64,000 nt of DNA from an uncultured Chloroflexia bacterium (GTDB lineage: Bacteria; Chloroflexota; Anaerolineae; JAAYZQ01), in assembly GCA_963700285.1 (NCBI GenBank), contig CAVOXA010000001.1, forward strand, positions 160,001 to 224,000, given 5' to 3'. The notes beneath the pieces are model-generated. The model had not been told where the DNA came from. It was given only the letters and a program-made list of their open reading frames with translations, and made no database searches. A program made the position numbers and the translations under genes. Shown piece after piece: positions 47,509 through 58,614 of this stretch. Every line of letters starts with the position of its first letter. Position 1 is the first letter of the stretch.

Positions 47509-49059
47509 ATGTCTGAAGAGAAAGAACGTACAGTCAGGTCACCATCCTTCTTCGATGCGTTGATTCCCATTATCGCCCTGGTCATCCTGCTGGTACTCGC
47601 CATCGGTCTATACGGAGACGAAGGCATCTCCGGACCGATCCAGGTGGCATTGATCCTGAGCATGTTGGTGGCGGGGCTGGTTGGCCTCAAGAACGGCCAC
47701 AGCTGGGCGGACATGGGCAAAGCCGCCGTGGAGGGGATCTCGACCGCCATGGGGGCTATCTTTATCCTGCTGGCGGTGGGCGCGCTGGTTGGCACCTGGA
47801 GCATGTCGGGCACGGTGGTCACTATCGTGCACTTGGGGGTCCAGTTCTTGAGCGCGAGTTGGTACTACCTGGCTGCGGCCTTGATCTGTGCCGTATTGGC
47901 GCTCAGCATCGGCAGCGCCTGGACGGTGGCCGGTACCCTGGGAGTGGGCCTCATCGGCATCGCCGAAGCGCTTGGCGTGTCGACAGAGATCACGGCCGGA
48001 GCCGTCATTTCGGGCGCATACTTTGGCGACAAGATGTCGCCCCTCTCAGAGACAACCAACCTGGCGCCAGCCGTGGCCGGCACCGATCTATATACCCATA
48101 TCAAGGGCATGATCTGGACCACGCTGCCCTCGATCCTGCTCGCCCTGGTCATCTTTGGCGTTCTTGGCTACACCGGGGAGTACACGGTTCCCCTGGACCT
48201 TACCGAGGTGCTGAAAGCGATCGAGAGCGTCTTCTATGTAGGCTTCTGGACGTTGATTCCCCTGCTTCTGGTTCTGGTCCTGTCGCTGTTAAGATTTCCC
48301 GCTTTTCCGACCATCATGCTTGGCGCTCTGGTGGGCGGGCTCACGGCCATAGTCCTGCAGCCGGACGTGGTCCTGGCCTTTGTCAATGACCCCAGTCTCA
48401 GTACACCAGTCGCAATGCTCAAGGGCATCTGGTCGGCGATGGCCACGGGCTTTGAACTGGACACCGGGTACGAAGGCTTGAATACCTTGCTGAACCGGGG
48501 CGGAATGTCCAGCATGCTGGAGACGGTGTGGCTGATCCTCAGCGCCATGGCCTTTGGCGGCGTGATGGAGTACACGGGGTTGCTCGCCCGCCTGATCCAG
48601 CCGGTCGTAGAATGGGCCAAAGGAGACAGGCGACTTGTCGCGGCCACAGGTCTGACGTCCATCGGCACAAACATAATAGCCGGCGACCAGTACATGGCCA
48701 TCGTGCTGCCGGGTAGGATGTATCGAGAGATCTACCAGGAAAGAGGCATCGCCCCGGAGACACTCTCGCGCGAGATAGAGGATACCGGCACCATCACCTC
48801 GCCGTTAGTCCCGTGGAACAGTTGCGGGGCTTACATGTCCGCGACGTTGGGCATCGCCACCATGGCCTACCTGCCTTTCTGTTTCTTTAACCTGATCAAC
48901 GTGCTGGTCTCGTTCCTCTATGCCATCCTGGGCTTCCAGATCAAGCACGTAGAGCCGGAGCAAGTGCTTGAAGAACCACCGGAAGAAGCCACCTGGCGGG
49001 CCATCGGTGGACGAAGGGTGGAGCCCACCGAGCACGAGGCGGCAGTCAGGGGAGGTTGA
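47509..49059 (+). CDS. nhaC: NhaC-family antiporter
   Basis: GSAWTVAGTLG, SGAYFGDKMSPLSETTNL, RGGMSSM, EDTGT..PLVPWN. Confidence 0.85.
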   Translation: MSEEKERTVRSPSFFDALIPIIALVILLVLAIGLYGDEGISGPIQVALILSMLVAGLVGLKNGHSWADMGKAAVEGISTAMGAIFILLAVGALVGTWSMSGTVVTIVHLGVQFLSASWYYLAAALICAVLALSIGSAWTVAGTLGVGLIGIAEALGVSTEITAGAVISGAYFGDKMSPLSETTNLAPAVAGTDLYTHIKGMIWTTLPSILLALVIFGVLGYTGEYTVPLDLTEVLKAIESVFYVGFWTLIPLLLVLVLSLLRFPAFPTIMLGALVGGLTAIVLQPDVVLAFVNDPSLSTPVAMLKGIWSAMATGFELDTGYEGLNTLLNRGGMSSMLETVWLILSAMAFGGVMEYTGLLARLIQPVVEWAKGDRRLVAATGLTSIGTNIIAGDQYMAIVLPGRMYREIYQERGIAPETLSREIEDTGTITSPLVPWNSCGAYMSATLGIATMAYLPFCFFNLINVLVSFLYAILGFQIKHVEPEQVLEEPPEEATWRAIGGRRVEPTEHEAAVRGG

Positions 49060-49084
49060 TCGGGATACGGTCTGATATGTCCCG

Positions 49085-49230
49085 ATGAACAGGTCGGTGC
49101 AGAACATCATCCAGCCGCGGATGATGGGCGAGCAGCTGCAGTTCTCACCGGAGTTGTGTTTGTCTCCCGCTTTGTCAGGGTTGGCTACTGGGCAGCATCG
49201 GCGCCATCCTGGCCGGGCCCATGACCAACG
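49085..49230 (+). pseudogene. AI-2E family transporter C-terminal remnant
   Basis: NIIQPRMMGEQLQFSP, then shifted frames VVFVS and GWLLGSIGAILAGPMT. Confidence 0.55.
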
Positions 49231-49250
49231 CCGGATTCTCTTCGTCACCT

Positions 49251-49279
49251 TTGACAAAAGCTCACTGTGGTGCTAGAAT
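49251..49279 (+). promoter_or_regulatory. Sigma70 promoter, probably leaderless transcript
   Basis: TTGACA-N17-TAGAAT; ATG begins 7 nt after the -10 end. Confidence 0.65.
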
Positions 49280-49285
49280 CGGCTC

Positions 49286-50435
49286 ATGAGCGCGGACAGC
49301 CTACCCTTATTGATCATGACCGGTGTCAGCGAGGGCAGCGAGCCGGAACGGATGGTGAGCGAGGCCAGGCAGGCCGCAACGTTGGACCTGGTAGAGAGGG
49401 CGATGGCGATACCCAGCCTGAAACCGATCGTCGTCTCTACCAATTCGCCGGCCTTTGCCCGCAGGCTGGCCGAGTTTCCCATTGACGTTGAGCTGGACCC
49501 GCCGGGCGAGCCCTTTCATTTCGGAGAGCGGCTCACAGCGTTGATCGCGCGCTATGGCATGGACCGCTGCTTCTACATGGGTGGCGGCGCCGGCCCGCTG
49601 CTGCCGGCCGCCGACATGGCCGCCATCGCTCAGGATCTACTGGCCGCCGAGCGGCTGCTGATCACCAACAACTTTTACTCGGCCGATTTCGCCGCCTTTC
49701 GCCCTACTTCGGTGCTGCTGGACCAGCCCTTGCCTGACAAGGACAACGAGCTAGGCTGGCTGCTGGGCGAGGATGCGGGCCTGCCCATCCGTGAGCTGCC
49801 CCGCAGCGGCGCCACCCAGTTCGACATAGACACCCCGATGGATCTGCTCACGCTGGCCATCCACCCTGACGCCGGCCCCCACGCCCGTGCCTGCCTGGAT
49901 AGCTTGACGCTGGATACCTCCGCCCTGGAGTCGGCCCTACCCTTGATGCTCGACCGCGATGCGACCATTCTCATCGCCGGCCGGGTGGGCTCGGCCACCT
50001 GGCACTATTTGGAGCGGGAGACCGCCTGCAGCACGCGGGTCATCTCTGAGGAACGGGGCATGCGGGCCAGCGGGCGACAGGCCCGGGGCGAGGTACGCAG
50101 CCTGCTGGGTTACTATTTGGATGCGGTGGGCTTGGAGCGTTTCTTTCAAGCTCTGGCCACGATGGGCCAAGCGGTGTTCCTGGATAACCGCGTGATCTTG
50201 GCCCATCAGGGCCTGTGGCCCTCGGCCGCCGACCGCTTCCACTCCGACCTGCGCCAGCCGGCCCAGATCTACCGACCCCTTTCTGCGAGCGCTGACCGAG
50301 GCGGCCATGGCCGCGCCGGTGCCGGTCATCATGGGCGGCCATTCGCTGGTGTCAGGGGGCATGTACGCCCTGGTCGAGGCAGCCTGGGCGCGGGGCCACG
50401 ACGTGCCGCGGCATGTAGTGCCTCAAGCAGACTGA
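49286..50435 (+). CDS. CofC-like nucleotidyltransferase-fold protein (one apparent indel near 50270)
   Basis: FDIDTPMDL, NNFYSAD, SEERGMRA; corrected C-terminus IMGGHSLVSGG...PQAD*. Confidence 0.6.
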
Positions 50436-50564
50436 GCACAGTTCCAACCTTCGATGTACACAAAGGCAACTAGCCAATTGGCAGTTGCGACGCGAACCGT
50501 TCGGTGATACAATTGGCGGCAACCACCAAACTCTATAGCGAACCAACACAAAGGAGTGTCTTCT

Positions 50565-53500
50565 ATGCCAAATGAAGAATACTGGGACGCTTATCTCGGG
50601 GTCGACCTGGAACAGGTGGACCCCGACATCGATCTGATCATCGACTTTGAGGAGGAGCGCCAGGCCCGCAAGCTGATCATGATCCCCTCCGAGTCGATGG
50701 CGCCCAAAGCGGTGCGCGACGGCGCTGGGCAGCGTTTTCAACAACGTCTACGCCGAGGGCTATCCCCCCCTGCGCATGACGCGCGACGACGGAAGCCCTG
50801 CTGCTCGACATGGCCCACCAACTGGCCTACTACCGCCGCTACGCCGACCGCCGCTTCTACAAGGGTGTGGACTATGTCCACTTTGTCGAGACGCTGGCCC
50901 AGCGCCGCGGCCGCGGACTGTTTTGCCAACGAGCGGGTGGGGTCCAGCGACATCTATGTCAACGTCCAGCCCCTCTCCGGCGCGGCGGCCAACCTGGCCG
51001 TCTATGACACGCGTGGTCGACGTGGGCGACGTGGTCATGGGCATGGACCTCTACCAGGGCGGCCACCTGACCCACGGCAGCGAGTTCAACTTTTCCGGCA
51101 AGCGCTACCACGTGGTCAGCTATGGCGTCAGCAAACGCACCGGCAAGCTGGACTATGACGAGATCCGCGACCTGGCCCGCGAGCACAAGCCCAAGATGAT
51201 CATCGCCGGCTTCACCTCCTACACCTGGGCGCCCGATTGGGAGGCATTTGCCGACATCGCCCACGAGGTGGGCGCCATGCTTCTGGCCGACATCAGCCAC
51301 CCGGCCGGCATGGCCATCGCCGGCGCCTTCCCCAGCCCGGTGGGCATCGCCGACGTGATCACCTTTACCACCCACAAGACCCTCTGCGGCCCGCGCGGCG
51401 CCGTGATCATGATGCACCGACGAGGATCTGGCCAACCGCATCGACATGGCCGTCTTTCCCGGCGAGCAGGGCGGCCCGCACACCCAGAAGTTCGCGGCCA
51501 TGGCCGTGGCCTTCAAGATCGCCCAGATCCGAGCCGTTCAAGCGGCTCCAGTGGCAAGATCAAGGAGAACGCCGCCGCCCTGGCCGAGGGTCTGCGAGAA
51601 GCGCGGCCTGACGCTGGCCTACGGCGGCACCGACACCCATTTCTGCATGCTCGATCTGAACGGCGTCAAGACCGACACCGGCTTTCCCCTGCGCGGCGAG
51701 CCGGCGGTGCGCATCCTGGACATGGCCGGCATCGTGGCCAACAAGAACACCATCCCCGGCGACGAGGAGACGGCCCTGGCCATGGGCATCCGCCTGGGCA
51801 CGCCCTGGCTCACCCAGCGCGGCTTTGGCCCGGCCGAGATGGACGAGGTGGCCCGCCTGATCCACAAGACGGTGACCAACATCCAGCCCTTCAGCTACAT
51901 CGGCCTGGCCGGCGAGCTGCCGCGCGGCAAGATCGACCTGGATCTGTTCGAGGAGATCAAGCACGAGGTGGCGGATCTGGCGGCCCAGGGGCGTCGCCGA
52001 GACGGAGGACAGGGGCAGCGAATACCCCCACTACTACGAGCTGGTCAACACCGCACCCGGCCCCTATCCGGGCCTGCAACCGGCCGACGGCCCCGGCCTG
52101 GAGGCCGAGCTGGAGGCCGCCCGCACGGGCGCTGCCCTGCTTCGACCTGAGCGACTGCGGCCTGCTGCATGGTGGACGGGCGACCGGGCCGAGCCTCCCT
52201 GCAGCAGATCCTGACCAGCGACGTGTCGGCGCCTGGCGCCGGGCGAATGCCAGGCTCGGCTTTCATGCTGGACGAAGACGCCCAGGTGATCGACGACGTT
52301 TCGATCCTGCGCCTGCCGCCCGACGACCTCGGCCGCGACCGCTACCTGCTCCTGCACCAACCCGGAGAACCACGAGCGGGTCAAGGCCTGGCTGCGGGCC
52401 CTGGGCGATGGCTACACCCTCTTTGACCAGGAGGACCTGTTCCGCAAGGTGGAAGGCCCCCTCATCGTCGAGGACCTGCGCCAGGTGGAGCAGGCCCAGT
52501 GCACTGTGGCCCTCGGCCTGCGGGGGCCCAAGGGCAGCTCAGATCGTCGGACTCTGTCGGCGAGATGCCCGGCTGCCAGTTCCGCCTCGGCGACGAATCA
52601 CGTCGAGCTGGCAGTACCGGCCGGCCAAGTCCAGGCAGTGTACGACCGGCTGCTCGAGGCCGGCGCCACCCCGGCCAGCCGGGAGGCGCGGCAGGGCCCT
52701 GCGCACCGAGGCCGGCCTGCCCGACTACAGCCTGTATCCGGGCTACGGGCCCGATTCGGGGCGGCCCACGGGCCTGGACCTGTACAGGGCCGGCCACCAG
52801 GAGCGCTTTGAGCTGCGCGTGCCCTACTTTGTCGGCTGCCGCAACCTGGATCCCGGTGCGCACCGACCCCGAATCTGCCCGAGTTCCAGTGGGAGGATCC
52901 GGAGGACGCCCCACTGCAGCGCACGCCCCTCTACGAGTGGCACAAGGCCCACACCCGCAAGGTCATCCCCTTTGCCGGCTGGGAGATGCCGGTCTGGTAC
53001 ACGGGCGTCCTCGACGAGCACAACGCCGTCCGCAAGGCGGCCGGCCTGTTCGACGTGGCCCACATGGGCGTGTTTGAGATCAGCGGCCCCCACGCCACCG
53101 AGTTCCTGGACCTGGTGCTGCACCAACTATGTCCGCTGGTTCGCGCCGGGCGAGAGCTTCTACAGCTACCTGCTCGACCCCGACGGCCAGCGTCATCGAC
53201 GACCTGATGGTCTACCGCCGCGGCCAGGACCTCTACCTGATGGTGGTCAACGCCGCCAACGCCGACAAGGACTGGGCCTGGCTCAACGCCGTCAACGACG
53301 GCGAGGTGCTGATCGACCGCGCAGCGACCCGACCTGCGGGTGCTGCGCCCGGCCACGCTGCGCAACCTGAAGGATCCCGCCTGCGGCGCCGACATGCGCG
53401 TCGACCTGGCGCTCCAGGGCCCGGCCTCGCTGGCCATCCTGCAGAGCCTGACCGACGACTGCGCGGCTGCAGGACCGGCTGGCCCGCGTGCCCAAGACCG

Positions 53501-54223
53501 GCCTGATCGAGTGCGAGCTGGGCCTGGCCGGACGTTTGACCTGGTCATCGCCCGCACCGGCTACACCGGCGAGGACATCGGCTACGAGATCTTTGTCCAC
53601 CCCGACCGGGCGGTGGCCTTCTGGGAGACGCTGCTGGAGGCGGGCGAGCCCTTTGGCCTGCAGCCCTGCGGCCTGGCCTGCCGCGACTCGACGCGCACCG
53701 AGGCCGGCCTGCCCCTCTACGGCCACGAGCTGGCCGGCCCGTTCGACATCTCGCCGGCCGGGCGCCGGGTTCGGCTCCTACGTCAAGCTGCACAAGCCCT
53801 ACTTTATCGGCCGCGCGGCGCTACCTCGAGCGGCGAAAAGACGCGCGACGATGGAGATCGCCCGCTTCCGCATGAACGAGCAAGGGCGTGCGCATGCCCA
53901 AGACCGGCGACCCGGTGGTCAACCGCAAGGGCCGGGCCATCGGCTGGGTGACCAGCGCCGCCGTGGACGTGGATGGACGGATCCTGGGCCTGGCCTACAT
54001 CGAGAGCCGCTACCACCGCGAGGGCGACGAGATTGGCATCTTTAGCCTGCCGGCGCGCCCGGTCGTGGAGAAGGAGGACAAGGCCGACCTGGAGCCCGGC
54101 GACACGATCCAGCTGCCCGACGCGGCCACGATCCTGACGCGCTTCCCCGACGACGACGAGCGCTCCCACTGGCGTGGCGAAAAGGTGGAATCCGCACCCA
54201 GATTCCTGCCGGCGGGTGAATAG
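50565..54223 (+). CDS. glyA: Serine hydroxymethyltransferase fused to tandem GcvT (aminomethyltransferase) domains; many apparent indels
   Basis: [41 protein letters not shown]; then FDLS..IDD..LRTEAGL; then [43 protein letters not shown]. Confidence 0.8.
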
Positions 54224-54242
54224 GGACACTTTATTGCACAAG

Positions 54243-54272
54243 AGAAAGCCCCTCCCACGGGAGGGGCTTTCT
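54243..54272. terminator. Bidirectional intrinsic terminator
   Basis: AGAAAGCCCCTCCC-ac-GGGAGGGGCTTTCT. Confidence 0.85.
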
Positions 54273-54351
54273 TTGCAGATCTAACCAATCGACAGTACTT
54301 GCACCAATCGAGTACGGTGCAATCTGAGCCAAGGCCAAAGGGATGGACCGG

Positions 54352-55194
54352 CTATTCTCCCTCTTTTGCTGACAGTTCCTTTGCTACATCCCCCATCCGA
54401 GCAAAGCGAGCGGTGCCCTCATCGAGAACATGCTGGATGAATCGCTCCAGAAGCGCCATCCGGTGGCCGCGTCCGATCACCTGGGGGTGCATGGTCAGGG
54501 TAAAGACCCCGTCCTCCTCGTGCTTGACCATATAGTCAAAGTCACCGGCCCAGATCTCAAAGACCTTGGACGGAGCAGAGAGCCCCACCCGCAGCGGATC
54601 AAAGTTGAAGGTAAAGTGGGGCCAGTCGTCCAAGCAAAAGTCCACGGGGAACTCCCAGAGGTCCACCTCTTGCCCCATCCGCAGCGGCTCCGTGATGCCC
54701 ACCCGATCCCCAAGGCGGGGGTGGTAAGGATGGTAGTCTTCGGCAAAGAGGCTGGAATCGTAGAGGAATCCATACTCCACCAGCAGGGGTAGGGTAGCGG
54801 TGCTATAGTCCCAGGAGGGGGAGCGATAGCCCAGGGGCGGCCCATCCAGGAACCGTTCCAGGACGGCCAAGCCCCACTCCAGGCTGCGTCGCTCTTCGTC
54901 CGGGCTCTGTGCGCCGGGGTTCTCGTGCCCGTAGCCGTGATGGGCCACCTCGTGACCGGCTTTCAGGATCTCGTCGACCGTGCCGGGGAAGGATTCGGCG
55001 GTGTGCCCGGGGACGAAAAAAGTGGCTGGCAGGTCGTGGGCGGCCAGCAGATCCAGGATACGGGGTACGGCGATCCGCGCCCCATATTCACCCCGTGACT
55101 GCATCGCCGGCGTGGCCGGGTGATAGCTGCTCAGCCAAACACTGAGCGCGTCAAAGTCAAAGGTCAGGCAGATGGTATAAGGCTTGGTATCCAT
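54352..55194 (-). CDS. Polysaccharide deacetylase family (CE4, PgdA/PuuE-like) protein
   Basis: TFDFDA, ATFFVPG, HHGYGH, GYRSP, LYDSS, MHPQVIGRGHR. Confidence 0.85.
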   Translation of the reverse strand: MDTKPYTICLTFDFDALSVWLSSYHPATPAMQSRGEYGARIAVPRILDLLAAHDLPATFFVPGHTAESFPGTVDEILKAGHEVAHHGYGHENPGAQSPDEERRSLEWGLAVLERFLDGPPLGYRSPSWDYSTATLPLLVEYGFLYDSSLFAEDYHPYHPRLGDRVGITEPLRMGQEVDLWEFPVDFCLDDWPHFTFNFDPLRVGLSAPSKVFEIWAGDFDYMVKHEEDGVFTLTMHPQVIGRGHRMALLERFIQHVLDEGTARFARMGDVAKELSAKEGE

Positions 55195-55499
55195 AGATTC
55201 CCTCCACTCACGGTGCGGTTCTTATTGGATCGATTGACGACGAGCAAACGCCTCTGTTGCGGCGTTCCAGCCTCACACAGTTCGGAGTAGGTTCGCAGGA
55301 CCGCAACGGGCCCGCTATCGCGCCTGCTGCCGCAATGCGCTAGTCACGGACCAGCCTGGAGCGCTGGATTGCCGTCTACAGAGTATATCATGGCCCCTGC
55401 GCATGGTCAATCCAGAAGGAGGCACGTTTCGTTGCCCCCTGCAGATGGCCACGAGACAGTCAAAAGCAAGCTGCTGAGCCCAGGGCGATTTCGCTCAAG

Positions 55500-55528
55500 T
55501 TGACAAATTCGGGAACAGGCTGTATAAT
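55500..55528 (+). promoter_or_regulatory. Consensus sigma70 promoter of the ABC operon
   Basis: TTGACA-N17-TATAAT. Confidence 0.75.
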
Positions 55529-55705
55529 GATTGTGCTGTGAATCGAATAGGGTCCTCACTTGATCTCCTGACGCAGTCGGGTTGCCGCATGCTGGACGTG
55601 GGTGAACAGCAGACTCTGCCATTGTCTGAGTGGCTAGACTCGGCTGTTATGCATTTTGGTGTATCACTGTCGACTGTACCGGAATAGATGAAAGGGAGGA
55701 AAAAG

Positions 55706-57556
55706 ATGGCAGACAAGGTGAACCCTGAAGAACTGGAGTGGGCCTTTGACTATGATCCCAGCGATCCAATGCTTGGACTGAGCGGCAGGGATCTGAGTGG
55801 GCCCAAGGTGAGCCGCAGGACCGTCCTGCGGCTACTCGCTGCCGCCGGTGCGCTATCGGCGGCGAACGTGTTGGCCGCCTGTGGCCCTGCTGCTGCACCA
55901 GAGCCCACGGCCGCACCGGCGGAGGAGAAGGCAGCCGAAGCTGCCACCGCCGCGCCAGAGCCCACCATGGCGCCAGAGCCCACGGCTGTTCCAGAGCCAG
56001 TGGGGGGTGGGGAACTGACCGCCGGTTGGGCGGGCACGCCCGAGATCACCACCCTCGATCCGGCCCAGATCAACCAGGTCCTCCAGTTCCAGATCGCGTC
56101 CATGGTACTCGGCGGCCTGACGCACATCAACGCCGACCTGGTTGCCGAACCTGACCTGGCAGAATCCTGGGAGGTTTCGGACGACGGCAAGGAGTGGACC
56201 TTCCACCTGCGCCAGGGGGTGACCTGGCACAACGGCGACCCCTTTACCGCCGACGATGTGATCTTTACCTTCAACCGCTCCAAGGACCCGGAACAGTCGA
56301 TCCATTCCGCGATACTGGCCAACGTCAGTAGTGCCGAAAAGATCGACGACCACACGGTCAAGTTCATCCTGGAAGCGCCCCAGGCATCGTTCCTGACCAA
56401 GACGACGGAGCGCGCCAGCGGCCGGGCCCTGACCATCGTCAATCAGCGCGCCCTGGAGGAGATGGGCCCCGAGGAGTATGGCCTGATGCCTGTGGGGACC
56501 GGGCCCTACAAGGTGGTCGAGCACCAGTTGGGCCAGGGCGTGGTCCTGGAAAAGTTTGCGGATTACTACGATTCCGAGCGCCCCATCCTGGACAAAATCA
56601 CCTACATCCCCATCCCCGAACCGGAACCACTGGCGGCGGCCATCGAAGCGGGCGACATCCAGATCATCGGCGGCAACGCCCCCGCGGCCGAGCTCATCGA
56701 CCGCTTTGTGGCCAACTCGGACCTGACAGTTTCGGAGGTCCCTGGGCCTGGCTTCCAGGCGCTGTGGATGAACCCCTGGCGCGATCCCTTTAAGGTGCCC
56801 GACTTTGACAAGCCCATCGAGGAGCTCAAGCAGGAGCCGGGCTTTATGGTGCGGCTGGCCATCGCCAAGGCCATCGACCGCGAGGACCTGATCAACCGGG
56901 CTCTCTTTGGACGGGGCGTACCCGCCTTTGGCACCATCAACCCGGCCATGCGCTACTTTTTCGACACCGGGATCAACGACACCAGCGAGCAGCGCTTTGA
57001 CGTTGAGGAGGCGCAGCGCCTGCTGGCCGAGGCTGGCTTCCCCAATGGCGAGGGGTTCCCCACGCTCAAGTTGCTCATTACGCCCGCTGGCAAGCGCGAG
57101 GGTGAGATCATTGCCGACATCCTGAAAAAGAATCTCAACATCGACGTCGAGCTGGACATCAAGGACTGGACGGTGCTGGTCGAGCTCAACAACACCATGG
57201 ACTTTGACATGCTGCGCATCGGTAGCGGCGGCGACTATGACCCCGACGATGGCTTGGTCGACTGGATGATGACGACTTCCAAGTTCAATGGGCCGGATCG
57301 CCCGGCCGACATGGCCTTTGGCACGCACTCCATCGCCGAGGTCGACGACCTGATCGAACAGGAGCGCGTCGAGACCGACCTCGAGAAACGCAAGGAGTTG
57401 GTGCAAAAGGCCAACAAGCTCACTTCCGACAAGGTGGCAGCGGCCTTCCTGTTCCATCCGACGGACATACTCGTCTACCGCAACGAGGTGGGCTACCCGG
57501 ACGTGAGCCGTATTCCAGGTTTGGTCGACCTGGACCGGACGACCATCGAACAATAG
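55706..57556 (+). CDS. Peptide/nickel-type ABC substrate-binding lipoprotein (family 5), Tat signal
   Basis: SRRTVL, LAAC lipobox, EPTAAP linker, LAESWEVS..WTFHLRQGVTWHNG, GTGPY. Confidence 0.9.
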   Translation: MADKVNPEELEWAFDYDPSDPMLGLSGRDLSGPKVSRRTVLRLLAAAGALSAANVLAACGPAAAPEPTAAPAEEKAAEAATAAPEPTMAPEPTAVPEPVGGGELTAGWAGTPEITTLDPAQINQVLQFQIASMVLGGLTHINADLVAEPDLAESWEVSDDGKEWTFHLRQGVTWHNGDPFTADDVIFTFNRSKDPEQSIHSAILANVSSAEKIDDHTVKFILEAPQASFLTKTTERASGRALTIVNQRALEEMGPEEYGLMPVGTGPYKVVEHQLGQGVVLEKFADYYDSERPILDKITYIPIPEPEPLAAAIEAGDIQIIGGNAPAAELIDRFVANSDLTVSEVPGPGFQALWMNPWRDPFKVPDFDKPIEELKQEPGFMVRLAIAKAIDREDLINRALFGRGVPAFGTINPAMRYFFDTGINDTSEQRFDVEEAQRLLAEAGFPNGEGFPTLKLLITPAGKREGEIIADILKKNLNIDVELDIKDWTVLVELNNTMDFDMLRIGSGGDYDPDDGLVDWMMTTSKFNGPDRPADMAFGTHSIAEVDDLIEQERVETDLEKRKELVQKANKLTSDKVAAAFLFHPTDILVYRNEVGYPDVSRIPGLVDLDRTTIEQ

Positions 57557-57663
57557 GACTGAGAACCGCTTGCTGCAAGAAAGCAGAGCCTCCTCCCCAC
57601 ACGGAGACAGCTCTCTGGGGGGGAGGCCCTCTGTTGTGAGAGCCAGGGGAACAGGACCCTTCT

Positions 57664-58611
57664 ATGACGCGCTATCTGATCCAACGGGTGCTGCACGCCT
57701 TTGTCGTGATCTGGTTGGTGGTCACGTTGGTGTTCTTTCTCCTGCGCGCCGTGCCCGGCGACCCCTTTGCCGCCATGCTGGCCGACGTCGACCCTGAGGC
57801 CGCCGAAGCGCTCAAGGCAAAATGGGGCTACGACCAGCCCGTCTACGTCCAGTATTACCTCTGGATGGGGAATCTGCTGCAGGGTGATCTGGGTAATTCC
57901 ATCTATGGCAGCAACGTGTCCGTCAGCCGCATCATCGGCGAGGCGATCCCCCGGACGCTGTCCCTGGCCTTCCTCTCTTTCACCATCGCCCTGAGCATCT
58001 CGCTCGCGGCCGGCATCATCTCGGCCATTAGAAGATACTCCCTGCTGGATCACGGGGTGACGATCACAGCCTTTATGGGCCTGAGTATGCCCGACTTTTG
58101 GCTGGGTATTCTCCTGATCATCGTCTTTGCCGTCAAGCTGGGCTGGCTGCCGGCCATCGGCTACAAGCCCATCTCGGACGGGTTCTGGCCCTGGCTCTCG
58201 CACCTGATCCTGCCGGCCATCGCCGCCGGGACCGCCTTTGCGGCCATCATTACCCGTATGACACGCTCTGCTATGCTGGAAGTGCTTCAGTCGGACTATA
58301 TCAAGGTAGCGCGAGCCAAGGGCCTGAGTGAGAACACAGTCGTCCTCGTCCATGCCTTCAAGAATGCCCTGATCCCCGTGATCACGGTCATGGGCATTGC
58401 CTTTGCCCTCTTGATGTCCGGCACGGTGATTATCGAAAATGTCTTTGCCATCAAAGGCCTGGGGCGCGTGCTCATCCAGAGCATCCTCAACCGGGATTAT
58501 CCGGTGGTCCAGGGAGCGATCCTGGTCGTCTCGGTTCTCTTTGTCTTTAGCAATCTGGTGGTCGACGTGCTCTACACCGTCATCGACCCCCGCATCCGCT
58601 ACACGGACTGA
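57664..58611 (+). CDS. ABC permease (DppB/OppB-like)
   Basis: PGDP, GDLGNS, YIKVARAKGL, RDYPVVQG. Confidence 0.9.
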   Translation: MTRYLIQRVLHAFVVIWLVVTLVFFLLRAVPGDPFAAMLADVDPEAAEALKAKWGYDQPVYVQYYLWMGNLLQGDLGNSIYGSNVSVSRIIGEAIPRTLSLAFLSFTIALSISLAAGIISAIRRYSLLDHGVTITAFMGLSMPDFWLGILLIIVFAVKLGWLPAIGYKPISDGFWPWLSHLILPAIAAGTAFAAIITRMTRSAMLEVLQSDYIKVARAKGLSENTVVLVHAFKNALIPVITVMGIAFALLMSGTVIIENVFAIKGLGRVLIQSILNRDYPVVQGAILVVSVLFVFSNLVVDVLYTVIDPRIRYTD

Positions 58612-58614
58612 ACC

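Noticed and set aside
50776-53370. 864-aa ORF as a novel protein
   Set aside because: Mosaic of in-frame GlyA/GcvT pieces and off-frame sequence caused by indels
55890-56000. GAGCCCAC(G/C) short repeats
   Set aside because: They encode the EPTAAP-type low-complexity lipoprotein linker
55853-57553. Long antisense ORFs (e.g. 55853-57553, 33372-35039, 46173-47327, 57493-59040)
   Set aside because: Shadow frames of GC3-rich genes on the opposite strand, with no motifs
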